Source: Mobula hypostoma (Eukaryota). From it: a DNA stretch of 64,000 nt. Of this stretch, positions 62,101-64,000 are shown piece after piece. Under the pieces are notes generated by a model. It ran no database searches. It was not told the origin of the DNA and saw only the letters and a program-made list of their open reading frames with translations. The DNA lies in NCBI RefSeq assembly GCF_963921235.1, contig NC_086109.1:37698001-37762000 (forward strand). Reading direction: 5' to 3'. Position 1 is the stretch's first letter. Each line of letters starts with the position of its first letter. A program made the translations under genes and the position numbers.

Positions 62101-64000
62101 ATTTGAGATTTAACATAATTAGATTTCAATTGATTAGCCAGCAGCTTGCCAATTTTATCACTGTGAACATAAAAATCACTTCTTGTTTTCTTTAATTGGT
62201 TTACAATCGAGGACGAGAGTAGTAAACTGTGTTCCATTTGAAGTTCAGTTCTTTGTTTGTATAGCTCCTCAGAAGGAGCCATAACATATTTCTTATCAAT
62301 TTCTTTAATCTTGTCCACAATTGCCATCTCCTCCTGCTTCTGTTTCTTCCTCAAAGCAACGGAATACGAAATAATCTGACCCCGAATATAGGCTTTAAAA
62401 GTGTCCCAAAGAGTGTTAACCGAAATATCTTCTGTATGGTTAATTGTAAAAAAAAGCTCAATCTGTTCATTCATAAAATTAACAAAGTCCGAGTCCTGAA
62501 GCAACAGCGAATTAAAACGCCATTGTCTATTGTTTGGTATATTGGCCATAATTTTAATAGAAAGCTTAAGTGGAGCATGATCCGAAATGGTTATAGAATC
62601 ATAATCACATTTAATCACTGAAGGAATAAGACGAGAATCAATAAAAAAATAATCAATTCTTGAATAGGAATGATGAACATGTGAAAAAAAGGAAAAATCT
62701 TTTTCCTGAGGATGCAGAAAACGCCAAATGTCCGTCGACCCAGAATCAGAAAGGAAAAAATTAATCAGATTTGCAGATTTATTAGGTAAAGTCCGTAAAG
62801 GAGCCGAATGATCCAAAGCTGGAGATAAACAGGTATTAAGATCTCCGCCCCAAATCAATGAAAACTCGTTCAAATTCGGAAACTGATCAAACAATGATTT
62901 ATAAAATTCCGGACAATCCATATTAGGAGCATAAACATTAACCAAAACTACTTTTTTATTAAATAGTAAACCACTAACCAATAAAAATCTACCATTCGGA
63001 TCAGAGATAATATCCTGTTGTATAAAAGTAACTGAGGAATCTATAAAAATAGAGACGCCTCGAATCTTAGCATTGGAGTTCGAATGAAATTGTTGACCCT
63101 TCCAGAATTTGAAAAAACGTAGTCTGTCCCCCCTCCGTACATGGGTCTCTTGTAAAAATAAAATTTGTGCTTTAAGTCTCCGGAACACTTTAAAAACTTT
63201 TTTTCTTTTAATAGGATGATTAAGACCATTAGTATTCCAGGAGACAAAATTAATAATAGACTCCATAAATCCTAAAGTCAACCCACAACAAGGAGGATTG
63301 ACAATAGGCGCGACCCACAAACCCGGAGAGGAAACAGAACATACAAAAGATACCGGGGAAAAGGACGCAACCAGTACTTCAATAATATATATAGCCCAAA
63401 GAAAAACAAACTAAAACGTGAAGCCCCTCCCACCACCCCCCACCCCAAGACCCCAAGGCAAAATCTAAAGCAGACCCGCCAGAAAGAAGCAAGCGCTAAA
63501 ACTACCCCCATGACTTCCGGTATACGCTCCCTAAAAAAAAGGTATAAATATGAAAAGGATCAGCTAATTGTAAAACAGTAAAAAAATAAGTAAAAATAAG
63601 TTAGCTCAATTAGAATACACACAGAACAGAACAAAAGCCGGAAAATATATATTAAAAAAAACCACAATAAACCTCAAACTCATGAATAGACACAGCAACA
63701 AAAAAAATAGGATTATTAACATAAAGTGATTATAAAAAGCAAAACAGAATAAAATTTTAAAAAAACTACAAAATTTAAGGCCGCACAGGAAATACGTAAG
63801 ATGACAAAAGGGAAGTAACCACCCAGAATCCCCTGGGAAAAGAAAGAAATGACGCAGTTAAAAAGAAAGTTTAGCAGCCATATTAAGAAATCAAAAGTAA
63901 ACTTTTCTGCCCAAATAGGGCGCAGAAAAGTTAAAACCAACCAATTCACAGCCTCCGATCAACGGAGAAAATTAAAAAAAAGGCAATTAAGATGTTGAAG
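59133..64000 (-). mobile_element. L1-clade LINE: 3' UTR, ORF2 and upstream spacer; runs off the window
   Basis: ORF2 as described in the next feature; 3' end aataaaaagatttaaaaagaaagaaaaga on -; T/G-rich 3' UTR and upstream region; no ORF1 recognisable within the window. Confidence 0.93.
59490..63266 (-). CDS. L1 ORF2p (APE endonuclease, reverse transcriptase, C-terminal Cys domain), 1258 aa from the ATG at 63266
   Basis: EN: SWNTNG, LQETH, NVYAPN, GGDLN, SRIDY, SDH. RT: KAPGPDG, YRPISLLN, DAEKAFD, GTRQGCPLSP, YADD, YLGI. No stops or frameshifts. Confidence 0.95.
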   Translation of the reverse strand: MESIINFVSWNTNGLNHPIKRKKVFKVFRRLKAQILFLQETHVRRGDRLRFFKFWKGQQFHSNSNAKIRGVSIFIDSSVTFIQQDIISDPNGRFLLVSGLLFNKKVVLVNVYAPNMDCPEFYKSLFDQFPNLNEFSLIWGGDLNTCLSPALDHSAPLRTLPNKSANLINFFLSDSGSTDIWRFLHPQEKDFSFFSHVHHSYSRIDYFFIDSRLIPSVIKCDYDSITISDHAPLKLSIKIMANIPNNRQWRFNSLLLQDSDFVNFMNEQIELFFTINHTEDISVNTLWDTFKAYIRGQIISYSVALRKKQKQEEMAIVDKIKEIDKKYVMAPSEELYKQRTELQMEHSLLLSSSIVNQLKKTRSDFYVHSDKIGKLLANQLKSNYVKSQINQIYNQNDRLILDHVGINQTFCDFYSSLYQSESPRDSKYMNDFLDKLDFPQISQDMSSLLDTSITMDEIKNVIFSMNLGKAPGPDGFTVEFYKCFASLLIPWLYKVFEASLKLGKLPESFNRASISLILKKDKDPAQCASYRPISLLNVDSKVFSKLLANRLEKVLPSIISEDQTGFIKGRYSFYNIRTLLNIVYTPSQNVPECVISLDAEKAFDRVEWPYLFKVLEMFNFSLKFISWIKLLYHSPVASVRTNSLNSPFFPLFRGTRQGCPLSPLLFDIALEPLAIAIRESSNITGITRGLKSHKLSLYADDLLLYISNPERSIPAVLELLAQFGLFSGYKLNLSKSELFPINKHLPLYYKFPFKLINNYLSYLGIKITCKHKDLFKTNFLPLIDHITQLSSKWFPLYLTLIGRINAVKMFFLPKFLYVFQALPIFVPKSFFDKVDSKISSFIWQNKNPRLGKIHLQKAKRDGGLALPNFRFYYWAINIRHMKFWLLDRDILSIPKWVALELQSVQGYTLGSILGSSLPFDSKRLKQVSNPIVKYALRIWFQFRKFFDLNQFGLAIPILGNIFFPPSFTDRAFQTWKTKGILRFLDLFLDGSLMSFEQLSNKYNLSRIHFFRYLQVRNFLSTILSSFPMLPPIYILDSIINLNPCQKGASAMIYNIIMKLRKAPFDKIRVDWEQELGLTISADDWGQILQLVNTSSICAKHSLIQFKVVHRAHMSKDKLARFYSHINPFCDRCSGQIASLTYMFWSCPTLETFWRDIFNIISKVLNIDISPYPITAIFGLPKISSNLSPSARRMIAFLTLMAKRCILQHWKELNAPTTFFWFSQTILCLNLEKIRSNLYDSSFKFEQIWGPFIRYFHLM

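Noticed and set aside
63267..63320. 18-aa N-terminal extension of L1 ORF2 in the ORF track
   Set aside because: It begins at a non-ATG codon; homology starts at MESIINFVSWN (ATG at 63266).
33908..64000. Upstream LGR exon (LQNNQL...)
   Set aside because: Not found by eye; probably beyond the window. The intronic status of this region is therefore inferred.
1..64000. CRISPR array, prokaryotic operon or endogenous virus
   Set aside because: No repeat-spacer array, gene-dense segment, LTR pair or viral protein motif seen; all long ORFs are LINE- or microsatellite-derived.

Overview
AT-rich, repeat-dense vertebrate genomic DNA, most likely a cartilaginous fish (inferred from HE1-like V-SINEs, shark-type CR1 LINEs, DeuSINE remnants and Neptune-type Penelope elements). 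The window appears to lie inside a large minus-strand LRR-containing GPCR gene of the LGR4/5/6 family, best matching LGR6. I could find only two coding exons: 33692-33907 (216 bp) and 25068-25139 (72 bp). The rest is intron filled with nested mobile elements: an L1 with an uninterrupted ~1258-aa ORF2, young and old CR1 LINEs, many Rex1/Babar-like LINEs, an RTE, a full-length IR/DR Tc1, a Tigger4/Zombi-like pogo element, SINEs, and many Penelope-like remnants carrying minimal hammerhead-ribozyme motifs. Structural highlights are a TSD-flanked fold-back Penelope insertion with a near-intact hammerhead on the host-transcribed strand, a 133-bp-arm non-TE hairpin, and an old local duplication flanking the 72-bp exon whose second copy has gained four TE insertions. 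Repeat family names come from recalled consensus features, not database searches. Boundaries of decayed elements are approximate.
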